IMG/VR virus record: IMGVR_UViG_2703718856_000008
Span: 1 to 40,953 of that record
DNA length: 40,953 nt
Source of the DNA: a virus
Lineage: Duplodnaviria > Heunggongvirae > Uroviricota > Caudoviricetes
Strand: one strand, 5' to 3'
The notes beneath the pieces were generated by a model, which saw only the letters and a program-made list of their open reading frames with translations, was not told the origin of the DNA and ran no database searches. The position numbers were made by a program, and so were the translations under genes. This document shows positions 19,846-30,550 of this stretch, piece by piece; the stretch's first letter is position 1; the number at the start of each line of letters is the position of its first letter.

Positions 19846-21305
19846 TATCTACCTCTGGAAATTGGACGAATTGGAGCCGGTAATGGCTTAGTTGGTTTGT
19901 TTTTGACTACCGGGAATGCAAACGTCAGGGCTAACGCATCAGCGCGGTTTGGTGAAGGAACCCCACGGCGCTTCATGTCCTCTTTGGCCTCAAGGACGAT
20001 GCGCCCATCGAGCTTAACCCTGTACTCAGGAGCAACGATTTCGTCAGCTGTTTGCTGATCATCGATACTTCCCCCTTCTTTGAGCCATGACTTCATTGAG
20101 TTCCACATCTCACCGCGCTTGTTCAGCATGCCGGGGTCTTTGGATTCACCCCCAAAGTTAACCAGCTGCCACTTCCTTCCCCACGACCTACCTATTGAGT
20201 GAATTCCGGTGCCATACCCGAAGTCTATGAACACTGCATCTGCCTTATGCTCATCCTCAAATCCTGCGACGATTTGCGCGAACTTAACGTCGTCATCTGT
20301 TTTCGGGTAGGTGCCAAGCAGGCGCGCATGAAGACCCTGGCGAAGGTAAATTGATGCCTCATCACTACCTGTGTAAGCAGGGTCAACGCCGATTATTTTG
20401 GATGCGAATGTGTAAGACCCGGGCTCAAGCGTGCGAGACATGGCCTCATCCACATATGCCTGAGGTATGAACTGGACTTCTGATGTCGATGGGAATAGAC
20501 CGCGAACACGTACTTTAAAGAAGTCGCTGTCTTCACCGTAATCCTTGCGCCACTCTTCGATGAGCTCTTTGTTGGTCATCTTTGCCAGGCGGCTATCAAT
20601 TTGACGTCGACGCCATCGGTGTTTGAACTTGCGGAAGCACTCTCGGAATCGACCGGTGTTACGGGTCGGGTTCCCAAATGCAAACCAGAAAGGCTCGCCG
20701 TCAGTAAGGCCGCCCTCTGCTACTTCCCAAATTTTGTCAGGAACCGCTGAGGCTTCATCGAAGATGTAGAACGGGCTTGAGTTAGCTGCATGCAGGCCAG
20801 CAAATGACTCGCTGTTCTCTTCCCGACACGTCTGGCCGTCACAGCGCCATGATTCCATGTGATCCACATGGTAGATGTTCATGTTGCCTTTGCCGTTGTT
20901 GTACTCAAACCAGTGACCAGTGATGCACCGCTTCTTCCACTTGCCCAGCTCGCCCCATGTTTTGGTGCGAAGCTGTTCAGAGGTATTGGCTGTCACGACG
21001 CCCTTGCAGAAAGGACGAGTGCTGAGGATGTACAGAATGACCCAGGCAGTTAGAGCACTTTTACCGATACCGTGACCAGAGCTGGTAGCGCAACGATAGG
21101 CTTCAACAGGTTTAACACCGTCGAAGTTATTAGTCCTGATTGCGTCTCCCCAATCTGTCAGAAACTCTTTCTGCCATTCATCGGGTCCGTCAAAGCCCTC
21201 AAGCTCACCAGTTCCCCAATCAAACGCATACATAACGAAGCCAAGCGGATCGTAAAAGAATCGCCCCATATCATCGGCAAGCATTGCCTCGAATTCTGAC
21301 GACAT
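19845..21305 (-). CDS. Terminase large subunit
   Basis: 486 aa immediately upstream of portal; Walker A-like SGHGIGKS; ATPase N-domain plus nuclease C-domain architecture. Confidence 0.85.
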   Translation of the reverse strand: MSSEFEAMLADDMGRFFYDPLGFVMYAFDWGTGELEGFDGPDEWQKEFLTDWGDAIRTNNFDGVKPVEAYRCATSSGHGIGKSALTAWVILYILSTRPFCKGVVTANTSEQLRTKTWGELGKWKKRCITGHWFEYNNGKGNMNIYHVDHMESWRCDGQTCREENSESFAGLHAANSSPFYIFDEASAVPDKIWEVAEGGLTDGEPFWFAFGNPTRNTGRFRECFRKFKHRWRRRQIDSRLAKMTNKELIEEWRKDYGEDSDFFKVRVRGLFPSTSEVQFIPQAYVDEAMSRTLEPGSYTFASKIIGVDPAYTGSDEASIYLRQGLHARLLGTYPKTDDDVKFAQIVAGFEDEHKADAVFIDFGYGTGIHSIGRSWGRKWQLVNFGGESKDPGMLNKRGEMWNSMKSWLKEGGSIDDQQTADEIVAPEYRVKLDGRIVLEAKEDMKRRGVPSPNRADALALTFAFPVVKNKPTKPLPAPIRPISRGR

Positions 21306-21742
21306 TACTCACCTCTCGCGCGTTTTCTGGCCTCCTGAATGCGCTGAATCAGGTTAACCTCTCCGGTGTGTTCAACTTCTTGCTTATCGCGCCATTTATC
21401 CTTCTGTCGGTTCTTAAGCCAGAAGATGGCGGCTGTTGTATCAGGCGGGTAATACTTCTCAAGCGGAGTTTCGACAATTCTGTTTTCAATAACACGAATA
21501 TCGATGTCTGGAGCCACGAAGCCCATAGCGCGTTGATAAAGACGATCACTAACTTCTGCATCAGCGACGGCCTTACCCTTTTTTATGGACTCCGAAAACT
21601 TAGGATAATCAAGCTTCCACTTGTTAATAGTTGACTCACTGACTTCAAAGAAATCAGCAAGTTCTGCATCGGTGTAGCCCAGCAAGCACAGTTTGCGTGC
21701 CTGTTCGGCATACGCCTCTTGATACTTTGTTGGGCGCGCCAT
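21305..21742 (-). CDS. Terminase small subunit (HTH-containing)
   Basis: 145 aa immediately upstream of TerL with overlapping stop/start; N-terminal HTH-like GYTDAELADFFEVSESTINKWK. Confidence 0.7.
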   Translation of the reverse strand: MARPTKYQEAYAEQARKLCLLGYTDAELADFFEVSESTINKWKLDYPKFSESIKKGKAVADAEVSDRLYQRAMGFVAPDIDIRVIENRIVETPLEKYYPPDTTAAIFWLKNRQKDKWRDKQEVEHTGEVNLIQRIQEARKRARGE

Positions 21743-21744
21743 GT

Positions 21745-21987
21745 TTATGCTCCGGTAGTGAACAGGTCTAACGCTTCCTTAGATTTACGCACCGCTTCGA
21801 TAGTGCGGGTCGTGATATCTGAATTAGCGCCGCCTGACTGGAAGTGAATTTTGAATAGCTCAAGCTTAAGCTCGTCAGTGCCAATGAACTGAAATGCTTC
21901 CTCTGCAGCTGCGTTCTGGTTCATGACCAGTTTGTAAATCTCTAACTGGAATTTCTGTTCTTCAGTCATGGGAATAATCTCTGCCAT
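21745..21987 (-). CDS. Hypothetical 80-aa protein upstream of terminase genes
   Basis: ORF ending 3 nt before terS; no recognisable motif. Confidence 0.4.
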   Translation of the reverse strand: MAEIIPMTEEQKFQLEIYKLVMNQNAAAEEAFQFIGTDELKLELFKIHFQSGGANSDITTRTIEAVRKSKEALDLFTTGA

Positions 21988-22339
21988 TGTTGGCTCCGTT
22001 TATCCGTTGAAAGGGATATCAGTTAAGTTATCCCGTGTATGGTATAAGCCATTGTCGAGACCATTCATTGAATGGCCTCTGCAATAACCGATGTCTTTCC
22101 ATCAGTCCGCCACCACAAAGAATCTTTTTTGCCATAAGGCAGGAGGTTCATCTTTCAGTGGCTGCCAGTGTTATTTCCCCACTTACTGGCTTGGGTTGCT
22201 TCGTGGTACTGCCGTAACTGGTGGTGCACAGATTTAGTTAAATCTGTTCTCGCCTGAACTATCTTTTACATACCCGGATTGTGGGGATGTAAATCACGGT
22301 TTCATTATCAAGCCCACCCGTAGATGGGCTTTGGAATGG

Positions 22340-22858
22340 TCACTTTGGCAGTCCGGGGATCGATATTTGCGCCTGCTGCTCAAGCCTTTTGATTCTTGCT
22401 ATGAGTTGCGGTTTTTTGATCCTGCCCCAGCGGTTCAGCAAGCGTCCTGACATACTGGCAACATCCTTTTCCTTCATGAACTCCAGCATTAACTCGTTGT
22501 GCTCTCTTTGGTATGAGTGAGCCATCTCCATCAGCCTGTCACGCATCCAATTAAATGCTTTGATAAACGCCTCTTTGATGGCGGCAGCTTTTTTGCCGGT
22601 AAACGACATGATGATGTACATCGCACCGTCTTTGGAAATTTCATATTCAACATACTGATTACCCTTGTGTTCATAGGTAACCCGCGAAAAGTTGCTGGTT
22701 AGAAATTCATCCGAACAGTCTAGCTTTTCGATTTTCTGAATGATGTGGTGATGCTGCTTGTCGAAGTAAGCTGCTACCTTGCGGGAGGTTGTGATCACGC
22801 GATCACCAGAAACAACCACCATGTCCCGGAAATCGAGATTAGCCAATTGATGATTCAT
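22340..22858 (-). CDS. rha: Rha-family phage regulatory protein
   Basis: Start taken at the ATG at 22858 (MNHQLANLDFRDMVVVSGDRVITTSRKVAAYFDKQHHHIIQKIEKL matches the Rha N-terminal signature); the track ORF continues upstream to 23065. Confidence 0.65.
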   Translation of the reverse strand: MNHQLANLDFRDMVVVSGDRVITTSRKVAAYFDKQHHHIIQKIEKLDCSDEFLTSNFSRVTYEHKGNQYVEYEISKDGAMYIIMSFTGKKAAAIKEAFIKAFNWMRDRLMEMAHSYQREHNELMLEFMKEKDVASMSGRLLNRWGRIKKPQLIARIKRLEQQAQISIPGLPK

Positions 22859-23201
22859 AGCGTCTTTACCTTTTAGAAAGTGAGCCTGTCTCACAGAAAA
22901 GCCGCCCGAGAGAGGTCGCCACCTATAACGGCATTTCTCAGGCTCGCTTACTGAAAGGCTCTCGTTAATATGCGCGTGAGATGCGCGGTGAAATTCAGAT
23001 GTAAAAAAGCCCCGCGAATGCGAGGCAAAATCCTGGTATTTGTAATGAACTGGCTCTTGTCTCAACGCAGCCCCTTACCGCGCGCCATATGCTTAAATTC
23101 AAGCATCAGCAATGAGATGTTTAATCTGGATTCGCTCCAGAAGTAAGCACCACCCTGTCTACAGAGCCAGATGTGAAGGATGATGAGTAAAATTATCGCT
23201 A

Positions 23202-23669
23202 TCATCGAAGGCATTGCGTCCTGATGTATTCCTGAAGCGTTCTCAGTGCTGTTTGGTCGCGGATAATTCCGTCCCGGATACCGAGAACGTTTCGTCCAGC
23301 AACTGGAGAGAGTTCGACGGTGGCATCATTGCCCATGCCGGAGGCGCTGGAGGTTTCGGCTGAGGATGGCACAGGGCATTTTCCTTTGACGAGCACCCTG
23401 CCACCATTATCAAGCTTGCGCCGAAGAGCATCATTTTCAGCTTTCGCATCAGCTAACTCCTTCGTGTATTTAGCATCGAGTGCATCAGCAGCACGCTGGC
23501 GCTGCTGCATGTCAGTAATGGTGGCGGTCGCCTGCTTCAGCTCACTGACTTTTTTATCACGCTGTTCTTTATAGGCGATGGCGTTATCACGGTAGTGATT
23601 AACAGCCCATGACAGGCAAACGATGATGCAGATAATCAGAGCGGAGATAATCGCGGTTAACCTGCTCAT
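23202..23669 (-). CDS. Rz: Spanin inner-membrane subunit Rz (i-spanin)
   Basis: 155 aa; N-terminus [31 protein letters not shown] and the [15 protein letters not shown] block recalled as near-identical to lambda Rz. Confidence 0.9.
   Translation of the reverse strand: MSRLTAIISALIICIIVCLSWAVNHYRDNAIAYKEQRDKKVSELKQATATITDMQQRQRAADALDAKYTKELADAKAENDALRRKLDNGGRVLVKGKCPVPSSAETSSASGMGNDATVELSPVAGRNVLGIRDGIIRDQTALRTLQEYIRTQCLR
23243..23449 (-). CDS. Rz1: Spanin outer-membrane lipoprotein subunit Rz1 (o-spanin), embedded in Rz in the +1 frame
   Basis: Signal peptide with lipobox (LIMVAGC) then a proline-rich segment PKPPAPPAW, as in lambda Rz1; wholly nested in Rz. Confidence 0.8.
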   Translation of the reverse strand: MRKLKMMLFGASLIMVAGCSSKENALCHPQPKPPAPPAWAMMPPSNSLQLLDETFSVSGTELSATKQH

Positions 23670-24142
23670 ACCTCAATCTCTCTGACCGTTCCGCCAGCCT
23701 CTTTGAATTTTGCAATCAGGCTGTCAGCCTTATGCTCGAACTGACCATAACCAGCGCCCGGCAGTGAAGCCCAGATATTGCTGCAACGGTCGATTGCCTG
23801 ACGAATATCACCGCGATCAATCATCGGCAAAGCGCCACGCTCCTTAATCTGCTGCAATGCTACAGCGTCCTGACTTTTCGGAGAGAAGTCTTTCAGGCCA
23901 AGCTGCTTGCGGTAGGCATCCCACCAACGGGAAAGAAGCTGGTAGCGTCCGGCGGCTGTTGATTTGAGTTTGGGGTTTAGCGTGACAAGTTTGCGAGGGT
24001 GATCGGAGTAATCAGTGAATAGCTCTCCGCCAACAATGACGTCATAACCATGATTTCTGGTTTTCTGTCGTCCGTTATCAGTTCCCTCTGACCACGCCAG
24101 CATATCGAGGAACGCCTTACGTTGATTATTGATTTCCACCAT
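23666..24142 (-). CDS. R: Endolysin R (lambda-type lytic transglycosylase)
   Basis: 158 aa; recalled as essentially identical to lambda R ([42 protein letters not shown]...). Confidence 0.95.
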   Translation of the reverse strand: MVEINNQRKAFLDMLAWSEGTDNGRQKTRNHGYDVIVGGELFTDYSDHPRKLVTLNPKLKSTAAGRYQLLSRWWDAYRKQLGLKDFSPKSQDAVALQQIKERGALPMIDRGDIRQAIDRCSNIWASLPGAGYGQFEHKADSLIAKFKEAGGTVREIEV

Positions 24143-24449
24143 CTTCTACTCCGGCTTTTTTAGCAGCGAAGCGTTTGATAAGCGAACCAATCGAGTCAGT
24201 ACCGATGTAGCCGATGAACACGCTCGTTATATAAGCGAGATTGCTACTTAGTCCGGCGAAGTCGAGAAGGTCACGAATGAACCAGGCGATAATGGCGCAC
24301 ATCGTTGCGTCGATTACTGTTTTTGTAAACGCACCGCCATTATATCTGCCGCGAAGGTACGCCATTGCAAACGCAAGGATTGCCCCGATGCCTTGTTCCT
24401 TTGCCGCGAGAATGGCGGCTAACAGGTCATGTTTTTCTGGCATCTTCAT
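24126..24449 (-). CDS. S: Holin/antiholin S (class I holin with dual-start motif)
   Basis: 107 aa [39 protein letters not shown]...; Met1-Lys2-Met3 dual start like lambda S107/S105; upstream sdi-like hairpin CCCC-AAUAA-GGGG. Confidence 0.95.
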   Translation of the reverse strand: MKMPEKHDLLAAILAAKEQGIGAILAFAMAYLRGRYNGGAFTKTVIDATMCAIIAWFIRDLLDFAGLSSNLAYITSVFIGYIGTDSIGSLIKRFAAKKAGVEDGGNQ

Positions 24450-24947
24450 GTCTTACCCCCAATAAGGGGATTTGCTCTATTTAATTAGGAATAAGGTCGA
24501 TTACTGATAGAACAAATCCAGGCTACTGTGTTTAGTAATCAGATTTGTTCGTGACCGATATGCACGGGCAAAACGGCATGAGGTTGTTAGCGCGACCTCC
24601 TTCCACCCGCTTTCACGAAGATCATATGTAGAAGTCCGCAGCATAACTATCACTGATGAGTTCAGGATAGCCAGTGGCTACGGCTCAGTTTGGATTGTGG
24701 CGACCGGTGCTGATCTCCGGTTTGCTGCAACTGCCTACAGCGGGCTACGTGGCCACACCGAATCCAGCGAAAGATTCTTGCCCTTACACATCAGCCTGTG
24801 CATTCACCACAACGATAAGAGAACTGCGCGGCACCTTTCACCAATTCCGCGAGGTCTGCGGGTTCAATGCTCTTACCTGTTGTGCAAATAAAAAAGCCAC
24901 CGTTGCAACTTAAGAGTCACTAACGGCAGCTTACCCTCTAATTATGG
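24450..24947 (-). promoter_or_regulatory. Late-operon leader region between Q and S (expected late promoter, Q-utilisation site, late terminator and S sdi structure)
   Basis: 498-nt non-coding gap in the position of lambda pR'/qut/tR'; contains a hairpin plus U-tract on the minus strand at about 24885-24930 and the sdi-like hairpin at 24464-24478; exact promoter not resolved by eye. Confidence 0.4.
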
Positions 24948-25466
24948 CTAAATGGCTAATTGCATGTCAAGGCTTTTAACAGCAACATGCTTAACTTTCT
25001 CAACACGTTTACGCATTTTGAAAGCATTTTGCATTGGCTGGTATAAAACAAATAATGACGCTTTCAGGATGTCGTCAATTTCGTTTCTACAGGTTGCCAG
25101 TGAAGGTTTTCTCCATCCCTCGCCACCACGTCCACACATCTTGCGTGGCTTTGCAGTCGCGTGATAGTAGGATGCAATTGCTCGCTTAGATGAACCATGA
25201 GCGTAGTAGCTGAGGAGGATGCCAAAGGCTTTCTTGTCAATGTACATGACGGAATCGACGACCTGAGAAATCAACATTCCATCATCATCATTACACATTG
25301 GCCTTGTCATAATTCTTCCCGGCTCTACGCTCTCCATGAACTTCGCTATTACGCTGCTCATGCGCTTTTCCAGACGACCTGAATAAACCCATGCGCCCCA
25401 CAGTTCAAGCCAGCCATTCAGCCACTCGTGCTGCTCTTTGGTGAGGTTTAGTTCTCTTATGCCCAC
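24948..25466 (-). CDS. Q: Late-gene antiterminator Q (phage 82 / QuuD-type family)
   Basis: 172 aa immediately upstream of the lysis cassette; motifs LELWGAW and [13 protein letters not shown] ... SYYAHG resemble the Q82/QuuD family. Confidence 0.75.
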   Translation of the reverse strand: MGIRELNLTKEQHEWLNGWLELWGAWVYSGRLEKRMSSVIAKFMESVEPGRIMTRPMCNDDDGMLISQVVDSVMYIDKKAFGILLSYYAHGSSKRAIASYYHATAKPRKMCGRGGEGWRKPSLATCRNEIDDILKASLFVLYQPMQNAFKMRKRVEKVKHVAVKSLDMQLAI

Positions 25467-26128
25467 GCGCCTTCTCCCTGTACCTGAATCAATGTGAGGT
25501 TTCCGCAGAACACTGCGCCGGTATCGATATACATCTGGTTGGCAAACTTGAGTGGTTTCACTGCTGGCGTATGACCAAAGATGAACGTGTCCGCTCCTTT
25601 GATTTCTTTCACGATCCCGTCTTGTGAGTTGCTGATTCGTTCGCGGTTCCAGATTACCTGCTGATGATCAACTGGCTTTCCAAATTCGTATTCGTCACAA
25701 GGATAATCGGCGTGGCAGATGACATATTTTTTACCTTCGCTCGCCAGTTCGATGATTAACGGAAGTTCATCTGCTTTATGGGCAAGAGCTTTAGCCAGAA
25801 TTTCTTTGTCGTAATCGAGATTAAAGAACCAGCCACCGCCATTAAACAGCCAGTGATTGACGTTTCCACGCTCTGATAAGCCATCAATCATCATTTGCTC
25901 ATGGTTTCCACGTACAGCTCTGAACCAGGGGAATGTGATTAATTCCAGGCATTCGACGTTCTCTGTACCGCGATCAACCAAATCGCCAACCGAGATAAGC
26001 AGGTCTTTTTTGGTGTCGAATCCTATCGTCTCCAGTTTTTTCATCAGGTTCGTGTAGCATCCGTGCAGATCGCCAACTACCCAAATATTTCGGTATTTGC
26101 TGCCATCAATTCTTTCGTAATAGCGCAT
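25457..26128 (-). CDS. ninI: Ser/Thr protein phosphatase NinI (lambda PPase-like)
   Basis: Start at the ATG at 26128 gives [25 protein letters not shown]... with the phosphoesterase motifs GDLHG, GDLVDRG, GNHE; recalled as near-identical to the 221-aa lambda phosphatase. Confidence 0.9.
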   Translation of the reverse strand: MRYYERIDGSKYRNIWVVGDLHGCYTNLMKKLETIGFDTKKDLLISVGDLVDRGTENVECLELITFPWFRAVRGNHEQMMIDGLSERGNVNHWLFNGGGWFFNLDYDKEILAKALAHKADELPLIIELASEGKKYVICHADYPCDEYEFGKPVDHQQVIWNRERISNSQDGIVKEIKGADTFIFGHTPAVKPLKFANQMYIDTGAVFCGNLTLIQVQGEGAWA

Positions 26129-26312
26129 CTCTTTCACTCCATCCGCGATGAACCATGAGAACGTCGTTGACGATGGCGTGCATTTTCCCGTCTTTATCAT
26201 CAACGTATTTTCTGACCGTACCGCGACTACATTTCAGTCTGCGTGCTACTTCTGTCTGGTTTCCGTATGCTTCAACGAGCATGTCTGGAATGGTTTTTAC
26301 TGAGAACGTCAT
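26106..26312 (-). CDS. ninH: NinH
   Basis: 68 aa [37 protein letters not shown]..., recalled as identical to lambda NinH (Fis-like HTH). Confidence 0.9.
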   Translation of the reverse strand: MTFSVKTIPDMLVEAYGNQTEVARRLKCSRGTVRKYVDDKDGKMHAIVNDVLMVHRGWSERDALLRKN

Positions 26313-26914
26313 GCGGCCTCACTTCTGCTATTTCGCAGGTCTTTGAGTTTCTGTTGGTACTCTGCCTTGATCGCCTTGCACTCTTCGATAGTCCAGCGAT
26401 GGCGGTTATGGTTTGATTCGATTTCGTCTACTGCTTCCTGCCCGATGCGGCTAATCAGTTCGACGCGATACGGAACGAGATTTCCGCTTTTGTGCTGGTT
26501 GCACACCACGCATTGCTTGTGAATATTGCGTTCATCAAATCGGAGTTGAGGCGCCGCAGCAGTTGTCCGGTAATGCCCGGCATCCCACTGAGCAGACGTG
26601 AGCGTTCCGCACGAGATACATGGTAAGTCGCGGTCTCTTTCTCTGATGAAGGCGTTTACGGCTTGTTGGGCTTGTTTAATCCAGTAACTGCGGGGCTTTA
26701 AGGCGAGTTTTCGAATCTTAAGTTTATCTTTCTGTTTCTGCTCCTCTCGTCGTCGTTTCTTCTCTGCTGCTTTTTCCGCTTTTTCGCGTTCTTTACTTCG
26801 TCGTTCGAGTGCTAATTGAGTTCCGTGTTCCGGGCAGCACCACCACTGATTTGAGAATGCCGGGTGAAACCATTCCTTGCATATTTTGCATTTCCTTCGC
26901 GCTGGTTTAGCCAT
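26309..26914 (-). CDS. ninG: NinG / Rap recombination-promoting endonuclease
   Basis: 201 aa; [31 protein letters not shown] and the Cys/His-rich C-terminus match lambda NinG. Confidence 0.9.
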   Translation of the reverse strand: MAKPARRKCKICKEWFHPAFSNQWWCCPEHGTQLALERRSKEREKAEKAAEKKRRREEQKQKDKLKIRKLALKPRSYWIKQAQQAVNAFIRERDRDLPCISCGTLTSAQWDAGHYRTTAAAPQLRFDERNIHKQCVVCNQHKSGNLVPYRVELISRIGQEAVDEIESNHNRHRWTIEECKAIKAEYQQKLKDLRNSRSEAA

Positions 26915-27083
26915 TATCTTCTTCCTCGTACATTGAGCTATTCGGATCGCTCATCAGTTCTGCGCAGCAGTGCTCACACACGTGAACTTCCAGCACATGC
27001 AGCTTCTGACCGCAGTTAGCGCACGTTAAAGCCCGCTCGACGCTTTCTTTCTGGTATTGAATGGATTGGGATTGGCTAAGCAT
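26907..27083 (-). CDS. ninF: NinF (hand-translated; below the ORF-track size cutoff)
   Basis: 58-aa ORF translated by hand from the minus strand: [58 protein letters not shown]; Cys-rich; stop overlaps the ninG start. Confidence 0.7.
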   Translation of the reverse strand: MLSQSQSIQYQKESVERALTCANCGQKLHVLEVHVCEHCCAELMSDPNSSMYEEEDNG

Positions 27084-27459
27084 TATTAGCGACCTGCATC
27101 ATGAGAAAGACAATCATGGCAGCGCGGAGTGGATTGTCATATGCGACACCAACATTCGGTCCGGCATCATCAAACAAGTCCCTTGCGTTGTCTGTAGCGC
27201 ACGGCATTGAGGGATTGTCTAAAATTATGCTGATGTTGTTTTCAGTGATAATCGGCAATGCGTCTGCTGGGTTTGCGCATGGGTTAAAGGAACCGCGCTC
27301 AACTTCTACTTCAACTGCGTCTCCGTTTACAATGTCTCCCTCAAATGAGACAAACACCATCGCGCCATTCTCACCTTCTTTGTAATCCGGTGATCCGTTA
27401 TGAATGGCTTCGAATACCGCCACGTTAATTTCAAAATCACTTAACTGTGAATAATCCAT
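27076..27459 (-). CDS. Hypothetical nin-region protein (acidic, about 127 aa)
   Basis: ATG at 27459 with GAGGAA RBS; occupies the ninC/ninD slot between ninE and ninF; no confident family. Confidence 0.45.
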   Translation of the reverse strand: MDYSQLSDFEINVAVFEAIHNGSPDYKEGENGAMVFVSFEGDIVNGDAVEVEVERGSFNPCANPADALPIITENNISIILDNPSMPCATDNARDLFDDAGPNVGVAYDNPLRAAMIVFLMMQVANNA

Positions 27460-27461
27460 TG

Positions 27462-27638
27462 TCATTTCCTCGCACGATTTCTTAGCCACCGGATATCCCA
27501 CAGGTGAGCTGTGTAATTGAAGGTTTTTACGTCAGATTCTTTTGGGATTGGCTTGCGTTTATTTCTGGAGCGTTTCGTTGGAAGGTATTTGCAGTTTTCA
27601 CAGATGATGTCGGTGAAACTTCGTCGCTGTCGTCTCAT
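27462..27638 (-). CDS. ninE: NinE
   Basis: 58 aa from the ATG at 27638 (AGGAGG RBS): [51 protein letters not shown]..., matching lambda NinE. Confidence 0.75.
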   Translation of the reverse strand: MRRQRRSFTDIICENCKYLPTKRSRNKRKPIPKESDVKTFNYTAHLWDIRWLRNRARK

Positions 27639-28057
27639 TCGTACCTCCTGTCGGTAAATCTGACACCCTGACCAATAGCCCATGCTGTCGTGTACTCAAT
27701 CAGACTTGCCATACGCTTCACACTCATCTGCGCGCTGCTTTCGCGAATGTTGACGTATTCGCCTTCAAGGCCGGGCAAAACATCAGCTTCCTGCTTTGTT
27801 GCCACTGCATGACCGCTTATCAACAAAACCTTCCATTGTTCTGGTTTTAACCATTTGCCGCACCATTGAACCTGACTTGCGATATCCGCCAGCATCGCGT
27901 GAAATTTTGCGTTCTGGTCAAGGTTGCGCTTGTAGTCAGTAATGCGGATGGTAACTGGCTTGTCTTTATCGAGTGGTGTTGCGAGGATGGCGGTGATTGC
28001 GGCTTGCTGTTGTTGCTTACTCCTGAGGAAAATTGTCTGTTTCATGGAATTCCTCAA
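27635..28057 (-). CDS. ninB: NinB (Orf-family recombination mediator)
   Basis: 140 aa; block [33 protein letters not shown] resembles lambda NinB. Confidence 0.8.
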   Translation of the reverse strand: MRNSMKQTIFLRSKQQQQAAITAILATPLDKDKPVTIRITDYKRNLDQNAKFHAMLADIASQVQWCGKWLKPEQWKVLLISGHAVATKQEADVLPGLEGEYVNIRESSAQMSVKRMASLIEYTTAWAIGQGVRFTDRRYE

Positions 28058-28266
28058 TATGTGTAAAGGCTATATCCGTTTTTATTTGTCCTGGTGCCAT
28101 AGCCATATAGGCTCCAGTCATCCTGTTTTCTCTCACCAAAAATATGCTTGCGGTATTCTTCCTGCTGGCGTCTCCATATTTCCATCATGTCTGGCTGGTT
28201 CTTTTCTCGCATTTTTCGAATCTGCTCAAGGATGAACTCTATTTGCTGCTGATTTGTCATGCTCAC
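28054..28266 (-). CDS. Hypothetical 70-aa protein
   Basis: ORF in the ren slot between the replication genes and ninB; coupled overlaps with neighbours. Confidence 0.35.
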   Translation of the reverse strand: MSMTNQQQIEFILEQIRKMREKNQPDMMEIWRRQQEEYRKHIFGERKQDDWSLYGYGTRTNKNGYSLYTY

Positions 28267-28270
28267 TCCT

Positions 28271-28486
28271 TTACTTTAAATCCAGACTCCGAATAATTCT
28301 GTTGCGCTGAAACTCATTGTTGAGTTTGGACAACCGTCGAAGAACACGGTCACGCGGATAGCGTCGTGCAGCAGGTGAATGCTCATACAACTCATCAATC
28401 GGCAAACTGGACGATGAACGATACCGATACCAACGCACCAACTCTTCACGAAAATTAGCCCTGACAAGCTCAGCTATCGTACTCAT
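28271..28486 (-). CDS. Hypothetical 71-aa protein
   Basis: ORF in the same operon; basic, Arg-rich. Confidence 0.35.
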   Translation of the reverse strand: MSTIAELVRANFREELVRWYRYRSSSSLPIDELYEHSPAARRYPRDRVLRRLSKLNNEFQRNRIIRSLDLK

Positions 28487-28572
28487 TTCTTAAAGCCTCC
28501 AATTCCCTCTCCCCCAAATAAAAAGGCCTGCGATTACCAGCAGGCCTGTTATTAGCTCAGTGATGTAGATGG

Positions 28573-28863
28573 TCATTGCCTTACCTCCATAAGCGCCCTA
28601 TTAATAAACGCCGTCATTGGATTTGCACATCCCCACCCCGTACCATCTGGATTTCTTTTAATTGGCTCCTTCTTCACTTTGCGTTTTGCATAAATAACCG
28701 TCTTCCACTTACGCTCAACAACACTCAAATACCCTTGTTTCACCATATGCCTTGCTGCTTGAGCGATTCTGTTATTTGGTATTCCGGTAATCAGAGCTAA
28801 TTCATGTGGGGAGAATTGTTCATGAGTTTTCAGATATTCCAGGATGATTTCTTTTCCAGTCAC
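28573..28863 (-). CDS. Hypothetical winged-helix-like DNA-binding protein
   Basis: 96 aa; HELALITGIPNNRIAQAARHMVKQGYL resembles an HTH; stop overlaps the start of the DnaC-like gene. Confidence 0.4.
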   Translation of the reverse strand: MTGKEIILEYLKTHEQFSPHELALITGIPNNRIAQAARHMVKQGYLSVVERKWKTVIYAKRKVKKEPIKRNPDGTGWGCANPMTAFINRALMEVRQ

Positions 28864-29705
28864 GATCTGCTCCTGTAACTATCCCATGTAAACGCAAGGG
28901 TGCATCCGCCGCCATCATTCATCCTGTCAATAACACGCTCACCAATGAATGCAGACAGTTCATCTTTGCTCTGGTTGCTAATCAGGATTGTTGGCTTCAT
29001 GCGCTCGTAGCGGGTGTTGATGATTTCGAACATGATCATCTTTTCCGCCTCGCTTCCAAACTGCACACCAACCTCATCGATAATTAGCAGGTCAGGTTTA
29101 GTGAACTGTCGGATCACTTCATCCTCTGTGCGGGTGGAGTTTTTCGACCATGTTGATTTATATTCTCTGGCAATTTTCAGCGCCGTTGTGAAAATAGCTG
29201 AGCTTTGATGTTCCGTAATTGCGTGCCGGGCGATAGCCAGTGCAAGATGATTCTTTCCAGTACCAGGCTTTCCACACATAACCAGCCCACCGCCTTTCTG
29301 TAACCTCTCAGGCCATTTGCTGGCGTATGCCTGACACACCCTGAGCACTCTCTTTGCATCGTCGTTGACTGGCTCGTAGTTCTGTAGTGTGCAACCCTTG
29401 AATCGTTCAGGAATATCAAGATTATTCAACAGAAACTCGACATTGCGCTTACGTGATTCCTCGTCGCTTTTAATCTTCTCCGCCTGTAGCCGAATAAGCT
29501 CATCTCTCATGCATTCCGGGCATTCGCTAGGTCTTGAGGCAAGCTTAATTGGCCCAGTCGAGTAACGGTTACGCTGCTCAAACTCACCATGTTTTTCACA
29601 GATGCCAGTGCCAATTTCTACAGCTGTATGCTCGATAGCAATTGGCGGAGAACTCAATTCTGCAAGTTTTTTCTCCAGTTGGGAGATCTTTTCATCCAGC
29701 GTCAT
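28860..29705 (-). CDS. DnaC-like replicative helicase loader (IstB-like AAA+ ATPase)
   Basis: ATG at 29705 with AGGAG RBS; Walker A GKPGTGKNHLA, Walker B LLIIDEVG; directly downstream of the O-like initiator (lambda P slot). Confidence 0.85.
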   Translation of the reverse strand: MTLDEKISQLEKKLAELSSPPIAIEHTAVEIGTGICEKHGEFEQRNRYSTGPIKLASRPSECPECMRDELIRLQAEKIKSDEESRKRNVEFLLNNLDIPERFKGCTLQNYEPVNDDAKRVLRVCQAYASKWPERLQKGGGLVMCGKPGTGKNHLALAIARHAITEHQSSAIFTTALKIAREYKSTWSKNSTRTEDEVIRQFTKPDLLIIDEVGVQFGSEAEKMIMFEIINTRYERMKPTILISNQSKDELSAFIGERVIDRMNDGGGCTLAFTWDSYRSRS

Positions 29706-29707
29706 GT

Positions 29708-30550
29708 TCACTCCTGCGCCCATGAAGGCATTTCAGTTTGCCCGTAATCTTTGGCGGCAAAGTTTTCCTGCATAGCTCGCTGCTGCGGCCTCGGTTGAGA
29801 TTTCCCCTTTGGAGTCTTGGGCTCAAAAATCCCCTGCCAACCACTGGCGATGCTCTGGTTTATAATTTCTTCAGGTGTATATCCCTTCTCCAGACTTCTG
29901 CTTAGAACGTTGATAGCCTGAGTAACACTTTGCTTAGACTTGATCGACTTACCTATCTCCTTGCGATATGTAACCCACGACAACCATGTTTCTGCTGATA
30001 ACCAATCAGGCAACTCTGTTTCTAGCGGGTCGAACTTCTGAGAAACTTTTTTGGGGGATATAGGGGGTTTATTAATATTTTCTTTTGTCTTTAAAGAATG
30101 TCTTTTGTGTGTCTCTAACTTCGAGACATTGAGTGTCTCTAATTTGGAGACATTTTTTGTCTCTAACTTCGAGACAAAGTTGCTAACTTGGAGACACTTG
30201 CTGAATTGCCACGCAGATACCTCAATGTTTACACCGATTTGATTTCCATCCATAAACAGGCAATTCATTGAAATCAGTTCTTTTTTAGCCTTGTTAACAT
30301 TCTGCCTTGACAGTCCTGTTAACTGAGCAATTTGCTCATCGGCTATTCGATCTGTTTTCTTATTGAATCCATATGTTTTCCGGACGTAGGCCAGCATAAC
30401 TTTCAACTGGCGAGCGGTTAAATCGGCACTTGCGATAGCTTCCAGCAGCTCGTTAGCGAATCTGGTGTAACCATCATCGATATCAGCCACTCTTCGCTCC
30501 TGTTCAACAGGTTCACTCTTCGGCAGGTAAAATACTTCAGCAAGGCTCAT
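29708..30550 (-). CDS. O: Replication initiator O (lambda O-like; iterons inside the gene)
   Basis: Start taken at the ATG at 30550 (GGAGG RBS); conserved N-terminal block ERRVADIDDGYTRFANELLEA as in lambda O; ORF extends to 30583 (TTG). Confidence 0.85.
   Translation of the reverse strand: MSLAEVFYLPKSEPVEQERRVADIDDGYTRFANELLEAIASADLTARQLKVMLAYVRKTYGFNKKTDRIADEQIAQLTGLSRQNVNKAKKELISMNCLFMDGNQIGVNIEVSAWQFSKCLQVSNFVSKLETKNVSKLETLNVSKLETHKRHSLKTKENINKPPISPKKVSQKFDPLETELPDWLSAETWLSWVTYRKEIGKSIKSKQSVTQAINVLSRSLEKGYTPEEIINQSIASGWQGIFEPKTPKGKSQPRPQQRAMQENFAAKDYGQTEMPSWAQE
30111..30195. repeat. Origin of replication: four iterons inside the O gene, followed in the direction of O transcription by an AT-rich segment (30061-30105)
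   Basis: Direct repeats of the dyad GTCTC-N7-GAGAC at 30111-30127, 30135-30151, 30159-30175 and a degenerate copy ending at 30195, spaced 24 bp apart; lambda-ori-like layout. Confidence 0.75.

Noticed and set aside
22035-22339. Possible pac/cos site or small RNA in the non-coding gap between the 80-aa ORF and rha
   Set aside because: No recognisable terminator, promoter consensus or repeat structure was found by inspection; P22-like phages use a headful pac site inside the small terminase gene, so no cos site is expected here.
22859-23065. Upstream 69-aa in-frame extension of the Rha ORF
   Set aside because: The Rha-family signature begins at the internal Met (MNHQLANLDF...); the upstream segment is probably 5' UTR that happens to be open, though a longer isoform cannot be excluded.
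24674-24913. Two overlapping plus-strand ORFs (79 and 64 aa) in the Q-S intergenic region
   Set aside because: On the strand opposite to late transcription, within the expected untranslated late leader; no RBS; better explained as non-coding regulatory DNA.
30111-30195. Possible CRISPR-like array (short regularly spaced repeats)
   Set aside because: Repeats are dyad-symmetric GTCTC-N7-GAGAC copies inside the O reading frame at 24-bp spacing with no unique spacers or cas genes; this is a replication-origin iteron array.
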